DNA of 64,000 nucleotides from a virus (taxonomy: Duplodnaviria; Caudoviricetes), in IMG/VR virus record IMGVR_UViG_3300025751_000013, positions 1 through 64,000 of that record, one strand, 5' to 3'. Made by a program: the position numbers and the translations under genes. Numbering within the stretch: position 1 is the stretch's first letter; each line of letters begins with the position of its first letter. Shown here piece by piece: positions 19,272 to 27,881 of the stretch. The notes beneath the pieces were generated by a model that was not told the DNA's origin, made no database searches, and saw only the letters and a list, made by a program, of their open reading frames with translations.

Positions 19272-20050
19272 TGGCCAAGATAGACAAGTCAAAGTATTCT
19301 AAAGAAGAATACAGACGTCTCAAAGAACAACGTAAAATTGATAAAGCTAGAGAGCGTATTGCAAAGCAAAGTGCAATAGAACGTAGTAAGCCACAACCTA
19401 ACCCTACGTTAATAAAAATACAAGAACATGCACAAGAACTTGTTGAAGAAAATGTTTCAGGAATGCGGAAAGCATTTATAATAGGCAATGGCATGAGTCG
19501 AAAGGGCATTCCTTTAGAACCTTTGAGAGCCTTTGGTAAAATGTACGGATGTAATGCAATTTATAGAACATTCGATCCTGATTATTTAATTGCAGTAGAT
19601 ACTAGAATGGTTTTTGAAATTACAAAAACAGGATGGCATTTAACACGACCTTTATGGACAAACCCTAATCGTAGTTATCGCAACATAACACATCTTAATT
19701 TGTTTGATCCAAGCAAAGGCTGGAGCAGCGGTCCGACGGCATTATGGTTAGCTAGTCAGCATAAGCATAAAATAATTTATATATTAGGTTTTGATTATAA
19801 AGGTTTAGATGACGGTAGATTTGTAAATAATATTTTTTCGAGTACACCGAATTATAAAAAATCTGGTGACAGGGCAACATTTTATGGCAATTGGCTTAAA
19901 CAAACAGTGATTACTGTAAAAGAAAACCCTAATATTCAATATATAAGAGTAATTGACAAAGAAGGCTTTATTCCTCCTGATTTGGTAAATATTGATAACA
20001 TAAAACACATTACCGTTGAAGATTTTAAAAATCGACACGGATTAATGTAG
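19271..20050 (+). CDS. Maf/DUF115/CstII-sialyltransferase-like nucleotide-sugar transferase fold protein
   Basis: AFIIGNGMSR..YGCNAIY..PDYLIAVD..SSGPTAL..IYILGFDY motif set, with a charged N-terminal extension. Confidence 0.6.
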   Translation: MAKIDKSKYSKEEYRRLKEQRKIDKARERIAKQSAIERSKPQPNPTLIKIQEHAQELVEENVSGMRKAFIIGNGMSRKGIPLEPLRAFGKMYGCNAIYRTFDPDYLIAVDTRMVFEITKTGWHLTRPLWTNPNRSYRNITHLNLFDPSKGWSSGPTALWLASQHKHKIIYILGFDYKGLDDGRFVNNIFSSTPNYKKSGDRATFYGNWLKQTVITVKENPNIQYIRVIDKEGFIPPDLVNIDNIKHITVEDFKNRHGLM

Positions 20051-20170
20051 TCAGATAACTGAAAATCTTGCAAATAATAGCCGTTTCAGGACTATTTCGT
20101 GTAAATAAAGTAAATAATATTGACAGCCCATACCGAGTAAACGGTATTTATTTTATTGCAGGAGAAAACA

Positions 20171-21199
20171 ATGGCAGATCGTAGTAAATTTGAAGAAATG
20201 CTCGAGCTACTTGTCAACGAAGACAAAGAGCGAGCACAAGAACTATTCCACGAGATTGTGGTAGAAAAATCAAGAGATATTTATGAGTCACTACTAGAAG
20301 ACGAAGAAGTTGATGAAGCATCTGATGAAGAAGTAGATGAGTCAGAAGAAGTAGATGAGTCAGAAGAAGATCTAGACGAAGCAGACGAAGAAGTAGATGA
20401 GTCTGATGATGAACTAGAAGAAGGTTTTGATCTAGACGAGTTTGAAGTAGAAGCAGACCCAATGATGATGGGTGGCGATGCTGGCGACGACATGGAGATG
20501 GATATGGATCCAGACATGGACGACGAAGACGGCGACGACATGGACATGGACGACGAAGGTGACATGGCCGATCGTGTTGAAGATCTAGAAGATGAATTAG
20601 AAAAACTAAAAGCAGAATTTGATTCAATGATGAACGATGATGACGCAGGCGACGAAGAAGAAGCAGGCGACGACATGGACATGGACATGGATGACAAAGA
20701 GCCAGAAGAAGGTTATGCATTTGAAGCAGCAGACGAAGAAGTTGAAGAAGCAGCAGACGAAGAAGTTGAAGAGTCAGACGAAGATCTAGACGAAGCAGCA
20801 GACGAAGAAGTTGAAGAAGGCGATAAGTCAGCAGCGGAACAAATGCGTGAGTATGTAGAAAAAGTTGCTCCGGCTAAAATGGGCGACAATGGCGCAAACA
20901 CAAAATCATCTGTAGCAGGTCCAAATAATATGGGCGGAACAAGCGCAAACATTTTACGTAGCGATACTGAAAACAGTGGAGAAGCTGGCGCAGGATCAAA
21001 AATAAAAGGTTCAGCACTTAATGACCAAAACCCAAAAGACATGAACACTAAGAACATTAACGTTCCTGGTGGTAAAGCTGGCAAAACAGGATTTAAAAAA
21101 TCTGAGCCAGGACACGGCGCTGAGAAAAAAGGTAAGCCGGAAACTGCTGACAAAGCCGCAGGTCCAACACTTAACAAGTTGAGCAAGCGAGCAAAGTAA
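20171..21199 (+). CDS. Highly acidic prohead core/internal scaffolding protein with a basic C-terminal tail
   Basis: D/E-rich repeats, immediately upstream of the prohead protease. ATG at 20171 follows GGAG (the track uses TTG at 20156). GTAAATA twice upstream. Confidence 0.7.
   Translation: MADRSKFEEMLELLVNEDKERAQELFHEIVVEKSRDIYESLLEDEEVDEASDEEVDESEEVDESEEDLDEADEEVDESDDELEEGFDLDEFEVEADPMMMGGDAGDDMEMDMDPDMDDEDGDDMDMDDEGDMADRVEDLEDELEKLKAEFDSMMNDDDAGDEEEAGDDMDMDMDDKEPEEGYAFEAADEEVEEAADEEVEESDEDLDEAADEEVEEGDKSAAEQMREYVEKVAPAKMGDNGANTKSSVAGPNNMGGTSANILRSDTENSGEAGAGSKIKGSALNDQNPKDMNTKNINVPGGKAGKTGFKKSEPGHGAEKKGKPETADKAAGPTLNKLSKRAK
20296..20825 (+). repeat. Imperfect coding tandem repeats (DEEVEEA/DEEVDES and MDMDMDD units)
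   Basis: GCAGACGAAGAAGT(T/A)GA recurs several times; GGCGACGACATGGA recurs three times. Confidence 0.8.
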
Positions 21200-21216
21200 G
21201 CAAGACAGGGCATTAG

Positions 21217-21837
21217 ATGAACAACTACTTACGAGAGCATTTGACATTCGATCAAGCACAAATTGTGCTTGAGAATGCCAACGAAGGCAAAGATCTTTAT
21301 ATGAAAGGTATTTGCATTCAAGGTGACGTCCGTAACGCTAATCAGCGAGTATATCCTGTAAACGAAATTGGCAGGGCTGTCAAAACGCTCAACGATCAAA
21401 TCCAAAACGGATTTACCCCTCTCGGAGAGGTTGATCATCCAGATGGCTTAAATATTAACCTAGACCGTGTATGTCTCATGATTGAAAGCATGTGGATGGA
21501 CGGTGCAAATGGTTATGGAAAACTAAAAATATTACCAACTCCAATGGGACAATTAGTTAAAACTATGCTTGAAGCAGATGTTAAACTAGGCGTTTCTTCA
21601 AGAGGAGCAGGTGAAGTTGACAACAACGGTAATGTTGCTGACTTTGAAATTATCACTGTGGACGTTGTGGCTCAGCCCAGCGCCCCCGGTGCTTACCCAA
21701 CACCAATCTACGAACAATTATTAAATGCTCGTGGGGGTATGAAGGCATATGAACTAGCACAGGCAACAAAACACGATAACAAGGCACAAAAATATCTTAA
21801 GGAATCGCTGATTAACATAATCAGCAAACTCCAATAA
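21217..21837 (+). CDS. gp21: Prohead protease, T4 gp21-like
   Basis: N.NQRVYP, LGEVDHP, LGVSSRGAG, DVVAQPSAPGAY. Confidence 0.93.
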   Translation: MNNYLREHLTFDQAQIVLENANEGKDLYMKGICIQGDVRNANQRVYPVNEIGRAVKTLNDQIQNGFTPLGEVDHPDGLNINLDRVCLMIESMWMDGANGYGKLKILPTPMGQLVKTMLEADVKLGVSSRGAGEVDNNGNVADFEIITVDVVAQPSAPGAYPTPIYEQLLNARGGMKAYELAQATKHDNKAQKYLKESLINIISKLQ

Positions 21838-21851
21838 TAGGAGGACAATTA

Positions 21852-22949
21852 ATGTTGGACGCACTGAAAACACTTTTTGAAAACGATGTTGTTTCGGAAG
21901 AAATCAGAGCTGAAGTTGAGGAAGCTTGGAATGCGAAGATCGTCGAGAATCGCCAACAAGTAACCGCTGAACTACGTGAAGAGTTCGCACAGAAGTACGA
22001 GCACGATAAAAATACAATGGTGGAAGCTATTGATCAGATGTTATCAGAAGGATTAGCAAGTGAAATTGCTGAGTTTGCTGAAGATAGAAAGCAATTAGCA
22101 GAAGCTAAAGCAAAATATGCTGTAGCAATGCGTGAAAATGCTGATCTATTAAAAACATTTGTTGTAGATCAGTTACAAGGAGAAATTCAAGAACTTAGAG
22201 CAGACAAAGCAGCAATGGCTGAGTCTTATGCTAAACTTGAAGAGTTCGTTGTAGAACAGTTAGCTTCAGAGATAACAGAGTTTCATGAAGACAAAAAAGA
22301 TTTAGCAGAAACAAAAGTACGTTTAGTACGTGAGGCTAAATCACACTTGGCTAAAGTTAAAACTGACTTTATCCAAAGAAGTGCTACACTAGTATCTGAA
22401 ACAGTTGCAAAGACTCTTACTAAAGAGATTAGCGCACTAAAAGAAGATATCAATGTCGCACGTAGAAACGACTTTGGTCGTAAAATATTTGAAGCATATG
22501 CAGCTGAATACACTAATTCATATTTGAATGAAAAAACTGAAACTGCAAAGCTACTAAAAGTTCTTGATACTAAAAATCAACAACTAGCAGAAGCTAAAAA
22601 GTATGCTGCAAAAGCAATTGCTATTGCAGAATCTAAAGAAGCAGAAAAACAAAGACTTCAAGAATCAGCAATAAGAGCAGAAAAAATGAACAATCTTCTT
22701 GGACCTTTAAGTAAGGACCAAAGAGAAATTATGACAGACTTACTGGAATCAGTACAAACATCAAGACTAGAATCTTCGTTTGAAAAGTACCTACCATCAG
22801 TTATTGATAGTAATACTCCAGCAAAGCAAAAGGCACCACTAATAGAGGCAAAAGAAGTAACAGGCAACCGTGAGCAATCACAAACAAGTAGTAAACAAGC
22901 AGACGACGGAAATGTTATTGACATCAAGCGTCTTGCTGGATTAAATTAA
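21852..22949 (+). CDS. gp22: Prohead core scaffold, T4 gp22-like
   Basis: 365-aa coiled-coil protein between the protease and capsid genes. Confidence 0.8.
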   Translation: MLDALKTLFENDVVSEEIRAEVEEAWNAKIVENRQQVTAELREEFAQKYEHDKNTMVEAIDQMLSEGLASEIAEFAEDRKQLAEAKAKYAVAMRENADLLKTFVVDQLQGEIQELRADKAAMAESYAKLEEFVVEQLASEITEFHEDKKDLAETKVRLVREAKSHLAKVKTDFIQRSATLVSETVAKTLTKEISALKEDINVARRNDFGRKIFEAYAAEYTNSYLNEKTETAKLLKVLDTKNQQLAEAKKYAAKAIAIAESKEAEKQRLQESAIRAEKMNNLLGPLSKDQREIMTDLLESVQTSRLESSFEKYLPSVIDSNTPAKQKAPLIEAKEVTGNREQSQTSSKQADDGNVIDIKRLAGLN

Positions 22950-22959
22950 GGAGATTATT

Positions 22960-24141
22960 ATGTCGGAACTACTAGAAAGTCGCTGGCAGGATACGAAAAC
23001 AGCACTTCTTGAAGGCCTAAATGGCAACAAGAAAAGCGTAATGGCAGCAACATTAGAAAATACTCGCAAGTATCTTTCAGAAACTGCTACAGCTGGTGCT
23101 ACATCTGCCGGTAATGTCGCAACACTAAACCGTGTAATCCTTCCAGTGATTAGACGTGTTATGCCAACAGTTATAGCTAATGAGCTAGTTGGTGTTCAAC
23201 CTATGACTGGACCAGTTGGTCAAATCCACACACTAAGAGTACGTTATGCAGATAGCATTTCTACAAGTGGTGGCACAGACGTAACAGCTGGCGAAGAGGC
23301 TCTAAGCCCATTCAAAATTGCTGAAGCTTATTCAGGAAACGAAGGCAACCCAGGTACTGCTGATGTAACAGCAGCTATGGAAGGTGTTGCTGGTAACAGA
23401 ATGAGTATTCAGATCTTGAAACAAACTGTGGAAGCAAAGTCACGCAAGCTATCAGCTCGTTGGACTTTCGAAGCAGCTCAAGATGCTCAGTCACAGCATG
23501 GTATTGATGTTGAAGCAGAAATAATGGCTGCTCTAGCACAAGAAATTACTGCTGAGATTGACCAAGAAGTTTTAGCTTCTTTAACTTCGCTAGCCGGTAC
23601 TGCGGTTGAAACATACAACCAAGCAGCAGTATCAGGTACAGCTACATTTGTTGGTGACGAACATGCAGCACTTGCAGTTCAAATCAACCGCGCATCAAAC
23701 CTAATCGCTCAGCGTACACGTCGCGGCGCAGGTAACTGGGCAGTTGTTTCACCATTCACACTTACACTTCTACAGTCAGCAACTACTTCGGCATTTGCTC
23801 GTACTACAGAAGGTACTTTTGAAGCACCAACAAACACTAAAATGGTTGGTACACTAAACAACGCAATGAAAGTATATGTAAACACATATGCATCAGATGC
23901 ATCACCAGTACTTATTGGGTACAAAGGTACAAGCGAATCAGACGCAGCAGCGTTTTATTGCCCGTACATCCCACTAATGAGTTCAGGTGTTGTTCTAGAT
24001 CCAGGCACATTTGAGCCAACAGTATCATTCATGACTCGTTATGGATATGTTGAGCTAACAAATACTGCTTCGTCTCTAGGTAACGCAGCTGATTATCTAG
24101 CAAAAGTTGCAATTGATAATTCAAATGTAAGCTTTAGCTAA
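22960..24141 (+). CDS. gp23: Major capsid protein, T4 gp23-like
   Basis: RRVMP..IA.ELVGVQPMTGPVGQI, VEAKSRKL.ARWT.E.AQD, YCPYIPL, F.P..SFMTRYG. Confidence 0.96.
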   Translation: MSELLESRWQDTKTALLEGLNGNKKSVMAATLENTRKYLSETATAGATSAGNVATLNRVILPVIRRVMPTVIANELVGVQPMTGPVGQIHTLRVRYADSISTSGGTDVTAGEEALSPFKIAEAYSGNEGNPGTADVTAAMEGVAGNRMSIQILKQTVEAKSRKLSARWTFEAAQDAQSQHGIDVEAEIMAALAQEITAEIDQEVLASLTSLAGTAVETYNQAAVSGTATFVGDEHAALAVQINRASNLIAQRTRRGAGNWAVVSPFTLTLLQSATTSAFARTTEGTFEAPTNTKMVGTLNNAMKVYVNTYASDASPVLIGYKGTSESDAAAFYCPYIPLMSSGVVLDPGTFEPTVSFMTRYGYVELTNTASSLGNAADYLAKVAIDNSNVSFS

Positions 24142-24164
24142 GTTATAGTTAATACAGATAAAAG

Positions 24165-24190
24165 ATAGGCGCTACGGCGCCTATTTTTTT
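24165..24190 (+). terminator. Intrinsic terminator after the capsid gene
   Basis: ATAGGCGC-TACG-GCGCCTAT followed by a T-run. Confidence 0.9.
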
Positions 24191-24212
24191 GACTTTTTTT
24201 CTAATAAAATGG

Positions 24213-24240
24213 TTGACATTGTCTGTATAGATGTTATATT
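24213..24240 (+). promoter_or_regulatory. Sigma70-type promoter for the ncRNA
   Basis: TTGACA (24213-24218), 16 nt spacer, TG-n-TATATT (24235-24240), AT-rich upstream tract. Confidence 0.75.
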
Positions 24241-24246
24241 AGTTAC

Positions 24247-24499
24247 ATAACAAAGACGACGGTCTGAGTTAGATAGTGCAAGGAAGAGGAGTAGCAGGCT
24301 CCGAACTTGGCTCACACACTGTAGTGGTGCTAGTAGACTGTGGAGACACGGAGTGCTAGAAAAAGTAAACCTAACTAGTTTACTGTGAGGCGCCTAAGTT
24401 ATTTTCGAGCGACTGTACGCTTGGGTTGTTGGTATTCGCAAGTCCAACCTATCCATATTATAAAAAAGGCCTGTTATTAACTTAGCAGGTCTTTTTTTT
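24247..24499 (+). ncRNA. Unidentified stand-alone structured RNA of about 250 nt
   Basis: Own promoter and terminator, no ORF of 60 aa or more, about ten compatible helices including a GAGA tetraloop. Confidence 0.75.
24467..24499 (+). terminator. Intrinsic (possibly bidirectional) terminator
   Basis: AGGCCTGTTA/TAGCAGGTCT stem flanked by an A-run and a T-run. Confidence 0.85.
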
Positions 24500-24510
24500 A
24501 TAAATACATC

Positions 24511-24915
24511 ATGCAGGATGAATATGTATCTGCATTTTATGATGTAGTACAAGAAACTAGACAACATACTGGTATTGAATTACCAGAAACTATTGAGCAC
24601 TATGTTGTAGTCTTACTGGCATCTCATATTGATAAATCAAATTTTTTACCTTCTCATTCGTTTGCAAAATCGTTTTTACAATTAAAACAAGCAAGTGATG
24701 CAAAAACATTAGGCGATACATGTTTATTTGTAACGGGTATATTTCCAGATTACGGAATTGATATAGATTATTATTCAGATATAGGTAAAACTAGTTATAG
24801 TACCGTTGCTAATACACTAAATGGCGAATTATTTTCTACTTTAAGCGTACATTTTGACATTGTTAGAGATTTTATAAATTGTATTCCTAACAAACGAGAT
24901 AAATACTTAGTCTAA
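24511..24915 (+). CDS. Hypothetical helical protein
   Basis: 134 aa after TATAAATA (24499-24506); LGDTCLFVTGIFP..YY..IG..SY motif. Confidence 0.7.
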   Translation: MQDEYVSAFYDVVQETRQHTGIELPETIEHYVVVLLASHIDKSNFLPSHSFAKSFLQLKQASDAKTLGDTCLFVTGIFPDYGIDIDYYSDIGKTSYSTVANTLNGELFSTLSVHFDIVRDFINCIPNKRDKYLV

Positions 24916-24967
24916 AAGTGCTTCGTAAGAAGACTTATGCGGACCCACCGCGTAGACCTAGAACGTC
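24916..24967 (+). promoter_or_regulatory. Structured 5' leader with three tandem hairpins before the RBS
   Basis: CTTC-GTAA-GAAG, TATGCGG-ACCCA-CCGCGTA and GAC-CTAGAAC-GTC, then AAGGAG; late promoter ATAAATA at 24899-24905. Confidence 0.55.
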
Positions 24968-24979
24968 AAGGAGAAAACA

Positions 24980-25438
24980 ATGGGAAGACCATTAAACAAA
25001 CGATTATTTGCAGATGCTACTACAGGCCCAGGTGCAGGAGATGAAATTAAAGTAAACTTTCACGATGGCGCAGGCGTAAAAGAAGGTTTTATTGTAAAGC
25101 AAAAAGGATCTAAAAGATTTGTATGTTCAGAAGCAGGAGCATCTGATACTGTACATACATGTGTACTAACAACTGGAAAACTACCATCAGCATTAGCAGC
25201 AGGCGAAATGTCAATATCATTTAAGATGGATGATGAAGAAACTTACACAGTAAGTAAAATTTCTGGACGTAAAGCTACATTGTCAGCACCGAGTGCAACA
25301 GGATCAAACGCCTATGACGGCGCAAGTGTAGCATGGAACTTTGCAACATCACTAGTAGACGGCGCAGCACAGGTTGAAGAAGCTGGTGCAGATGACGTTG
25401 CTAACACAGATGACGATGATTTTACTGAAGACGCATAA
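24980..25438 (+). CDS. Putative virion structural protein
   Basis: 152 aa, strong RBS, late promoter. Confidence 0.6.
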   Translation: MGRPLNKRLFADATTGPGAGDEIKVNFHDGAGVKEGFIVKQKGSKRFVCSEAGASDTVHTCVLTTGKLPSALAAGEMSISFKMDDEETYTVSKISGRKATLSAPSATGSNAYDGASVAWNFATSLVDGAAQVEEAGADDVANTDDDDFTEDA

Positions 25439-25448
25439 GGATTGAGTA

Positions 25449-25817
25449 ATGACTAGACCTATTAATGTTTTTGGAACAGTAGTAAACTATCTAAAAGATT
25501 TAATAGTAACAGTCAAGATTGGTTGTGCTAAGGTTTCACCTTTTGGTGTTATCTTAGCACAAATAACAGATACAACATTCAAAGTCCAAGATGATCTTGG
25601 AAATGAAGGAATATGTACACTTGTTAATAAAAGAAACAGTAACGATTTAGAAGAAAATGAAATGACAATAAAAGGGTTAGTAACAGATAATGTTAGTTTT
25701 GTTTTAATATCAAAGGTAATAAAGGATATTATGTTTGATTTTAAAAATATAAGATATTATTTTACTATAGATCACGACTCAACGTCTAATATTCTTTTAT
25801 TGACAGAAAGAGGGTAA
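25449..25817 (+). CDS. Putative structural protein, diverged paralogue of 24980-25438
   Basis: Shares M.RP.N, G.I..Q....F, C.L and EM.I patterns with the preceding gene. Confidence 0.55.
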   Translation: MTRPINVFGTVVNYLKDLIVTVKIGCAKVSPFGVILAQITDTTFKVQDDLGNEGICTLVNKRNSNDLEENEMTIKGLVTDNVSFVLISKVIKDIMFDFKNIRYYFTIDHDSTSNILLLTERG

Positions 25818-25820
25818 TTT

Positions 25821-26837
25821 ATGTCAAAGTTTTTAAAAGTAATAGACGGAGATTACAAAATATCAGTTGAGCCTGGTAGAGAAATATCTCTTAATACAGG
25901 TTTAGAAACTGGTACAGTAAGGATTAGTGGTGACTTAATAGTCGAAGGTAATACGGTTACTGTTCAATCTGAAAATTTAACTGTTAAAGATAATGTTATT
26001 GTAGTTAACCAAGGCGAAACAGGATCTGGAGTTACAGGTAGTGCTACTGCTGGTGCTCCAAACTCAAGTGGTATAAGTATTGACCGCGGCGGATTTAGTG
26101 ATGCTTACATTTTATTTGATGAAAATGTAACTTGGTTAGATCCAGGTGATGATGAAAATCCTGATATTGATGTAACACCTAGAAGTGGTGCATTTATATT
26201 ACGTGACGATATTGGAAACTTAATAGGTTTAAAAACAAACAGTATTGTTACAGGTGGCGGAAATTTATTTTTAATCAGCCAAGGTTCAGGAGTACTAAGT
26301 GTTGAAGGTACTGTTAACTATGAAAGTAATGTTACACAAGACGATCACATACCAAATAAAAAATATGTCGACGATGCTGTTTTAGGTTTCGTTGGTATTA
26401 GACGTATTGCGTCAGGTGACGAGTTTATCGGAAGCGGTATTACATACGTTGAAGCACTATCAAAAGATGTTGCTATTGGTAATCTTGAAAGTTTTGTTGA
26501 ATTTAAGATTGATAATGTATCTTTAGCATATTTTTACGATGATAGAGCAGAGATTGATGATATAAAAATTCAAGATAATCAAATTACTACTGTATCATCA
26601 GGTATTGACTTAGTTCTTAAACATACAAGTAACCAAAGTGTATTAGTTGATAACAATCTTGCAATTAAAGAACTTCCAAATCCATTACTTGTTCCAGCAA
26701 CACCAACTGATGGCGTAAAGATTTATGCAAGTGATCAGTCAATTGGTGGTACAGGTATATACTTTGTTAACAAAGAACAAACAAGAGACGAGTTAGTGAG
26801 TAGAAGTAAATCTATTCTATACGGAATTATATTTTAA
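25821..26837 (+). CDS. Virion structural/fibre-type protein
   Basis: GDLIVEG.T..V....L.VKDN.I..N.GE...G and GI.IDRG motifs, PNKKYVD, hydrophobic C-terminus. Confidence 0.65.
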   Translation: MSKFLKVIDGDYKISVEPGREISLNTGLETGTVRISGDLIVEGNTVTVQSENLTVKDNVIVVNQGETGSGVTGSATAGAPNSSGISIDRGGFSDAYILFDENVTWLDPGDDENPDIDVTPRSGAFILRDDIGNLIGLKTNSIVTGGGNLFLISQGSGVLSVEGTVNYESNVTQDDHIPNKKYVDDAVLGFVGIRRIASGDEFIGSGITYVEALSKDVAIGNLESFVEFKIDNVSLAYFYDDRAEIDDIKIQDNQITTVSSGIDLVLKHTSNQSVLVDNNLAIKELPNPLLVPATPTDGVKIYASDQSIGGTGIYFVNKEQTRDELVSRSKSILYGIIF

Positions 26838-26851
26838 AAAGGTAAAAGACA

Positions 26852-27211
26852 ATGGCAATTAAAAGCGTTCAAATTGGAGTAGAAGATACAGAATTACTAG
26901 AAGTACCAGCAGGATTAAGATTTGCTGTTACTGTAATTATGATTTGTAATACATCCGAACCAGATCCAGCAGATCCAGATGCAAATGCAGCATCATTTAC
27001 AATGCATTTTGTAAAAACTGGTGACCCAATTAGTGATCTAAACACAGTAATTAAAAGTTTACCGTTACCAGCGGGTGAAACATTTACTTTTGATACAGAA
27101 AAAATAATTATGGAGCAATTTGATAAAATTGTTATCAATGGTGATTATCCAGCAGGCGGAGATTCTTCTTCTAATTATCTTTCAGCAACAACAAGCTTCT
27201 TGGAACTATAA
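26852..27211 (+). CDS. Small beta-sandwich structural/adaptor protein
   Basis: Similar pattern to 48842-49180 and 49831-50163. Confidence 0.6.
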   Translation: MAIKSVQIGVEDTELLEVPAGLRFAVTVIMICNTSEPDPADPDANAASFTMHFVKTGDPISDLNTVIKSLPLPAGETFTFDTEKIIMEQFDKIVINGDYPAGGDSSSNYLSATTSFLEL

Positions 27212-27732
27212 TGAAATATTTAAAACGACAATCTACAAGTAATAAAACACCATTAGGAAACGCAGTTGTGTTCGACGTTAACGAACAGGTTGTAATGGAC
27301 ACAAGACGAGTAATGCTTATACCAAAAGGTACAGAAGCAGAGAGACCTGTGACTCCTAATAATGGTCATATGAGATATAATACAACTTCGGAAGAATTTG
27401 AATCATATCAAGATAGTGCTTGGAGAAAAGTTCGTTTTAAAGAACCAAGAGAAATTGTTCAACAAACATTTAGTGGACACGATGGTACTGAAACAACCTT
27501 TGGTCCACTCGATAACCAAGATGCAGACTTTACTGCACCTGACAGTGCGCAAGCAATGCTAGTTCTAATTGAAAATGTATTTCAGTTAGCAACAACGAAT
27601 TATACACTTACACAGAGTGATGGTACATTAACAGGACCAAATGGCCCATATGCGGCAGGCTGGTATATTGTATTTTCATCACCTGTTCCAATTGGCAAAG
27701 ATGTAACTGTACTACATAACTTTAACAAGTAA
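27211..27732 (+). CDS. Virion structural protein with a fibre-type motif
   Basis: IPKGTEAERP..GHMRYNT...FESY...W. Confidence 0.6.
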   Translation: MKYLKRQSTSNKTPLGNAVVFDVNEQVVMDTRRVMLIPKGTEAERPVTPNNGHMRYNTTSEEFESYQDSAWRKVRFKEPREIVQQTFSGHDGTETTFGPLDNQDADFTAPDSAQAMLVLIENVFQLATTNYTLTQSDGTLTGPNGPYAAGWYIVFSSPVPIGKDVTVLHNFNK

Positions 27733-27753
27733 CTTATTTTTTTTAATAATACG

Positions 27754-27881
27754 ATAAATAATATTAATGAGGCGTAGCTATGAGGGCTAATCTTCAGGAC
27801 AAACTGTGGTCAACCCGCAAAGAACCGTAACCAAGCGGATGAGAAAGTGGTTGGTGGGACAGGATCCCCGGGGGAAGAGTA
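27754..27881 (+). promoter_or_regulatory. Late promoter plus GC-rich structured leader
   Basis: ATAAATA at 27754-27760; helices CTGT/ACAG, CAACC/GGTTG and CCG/CGG. Confidence 0.5.

Noticed and set aside
20296-20825. CRISPR-like array
   Set aside because: The repeats are in-frame, imperfect coding repeats without unique spacers, and no cas genes are present.
11798-24452. Complementarity and shared words between the two ncRNA candidates (GTAGGTTGGG vs TCCAACCTAT; AAGTCCAAC; GACGACGG)
   Set aside because: Only 8-10 nt each, and the complementary segments already have local partners; cannot be distinguished from chance without homologues.
24247-24460. tmRNA or tRNA
   Set aside because: The closing stem is only 5 bp, there is no G3:U70 alanine identity, the T-like loop is 11 nt, and no plausible tag ORF ending in AA is present.
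27790-27870. c-di-GMP-I riboswitch
   Set aside because: GGACAAAC, GCAAAG and GGGAC words are present but not in the required order or helix arrangement.
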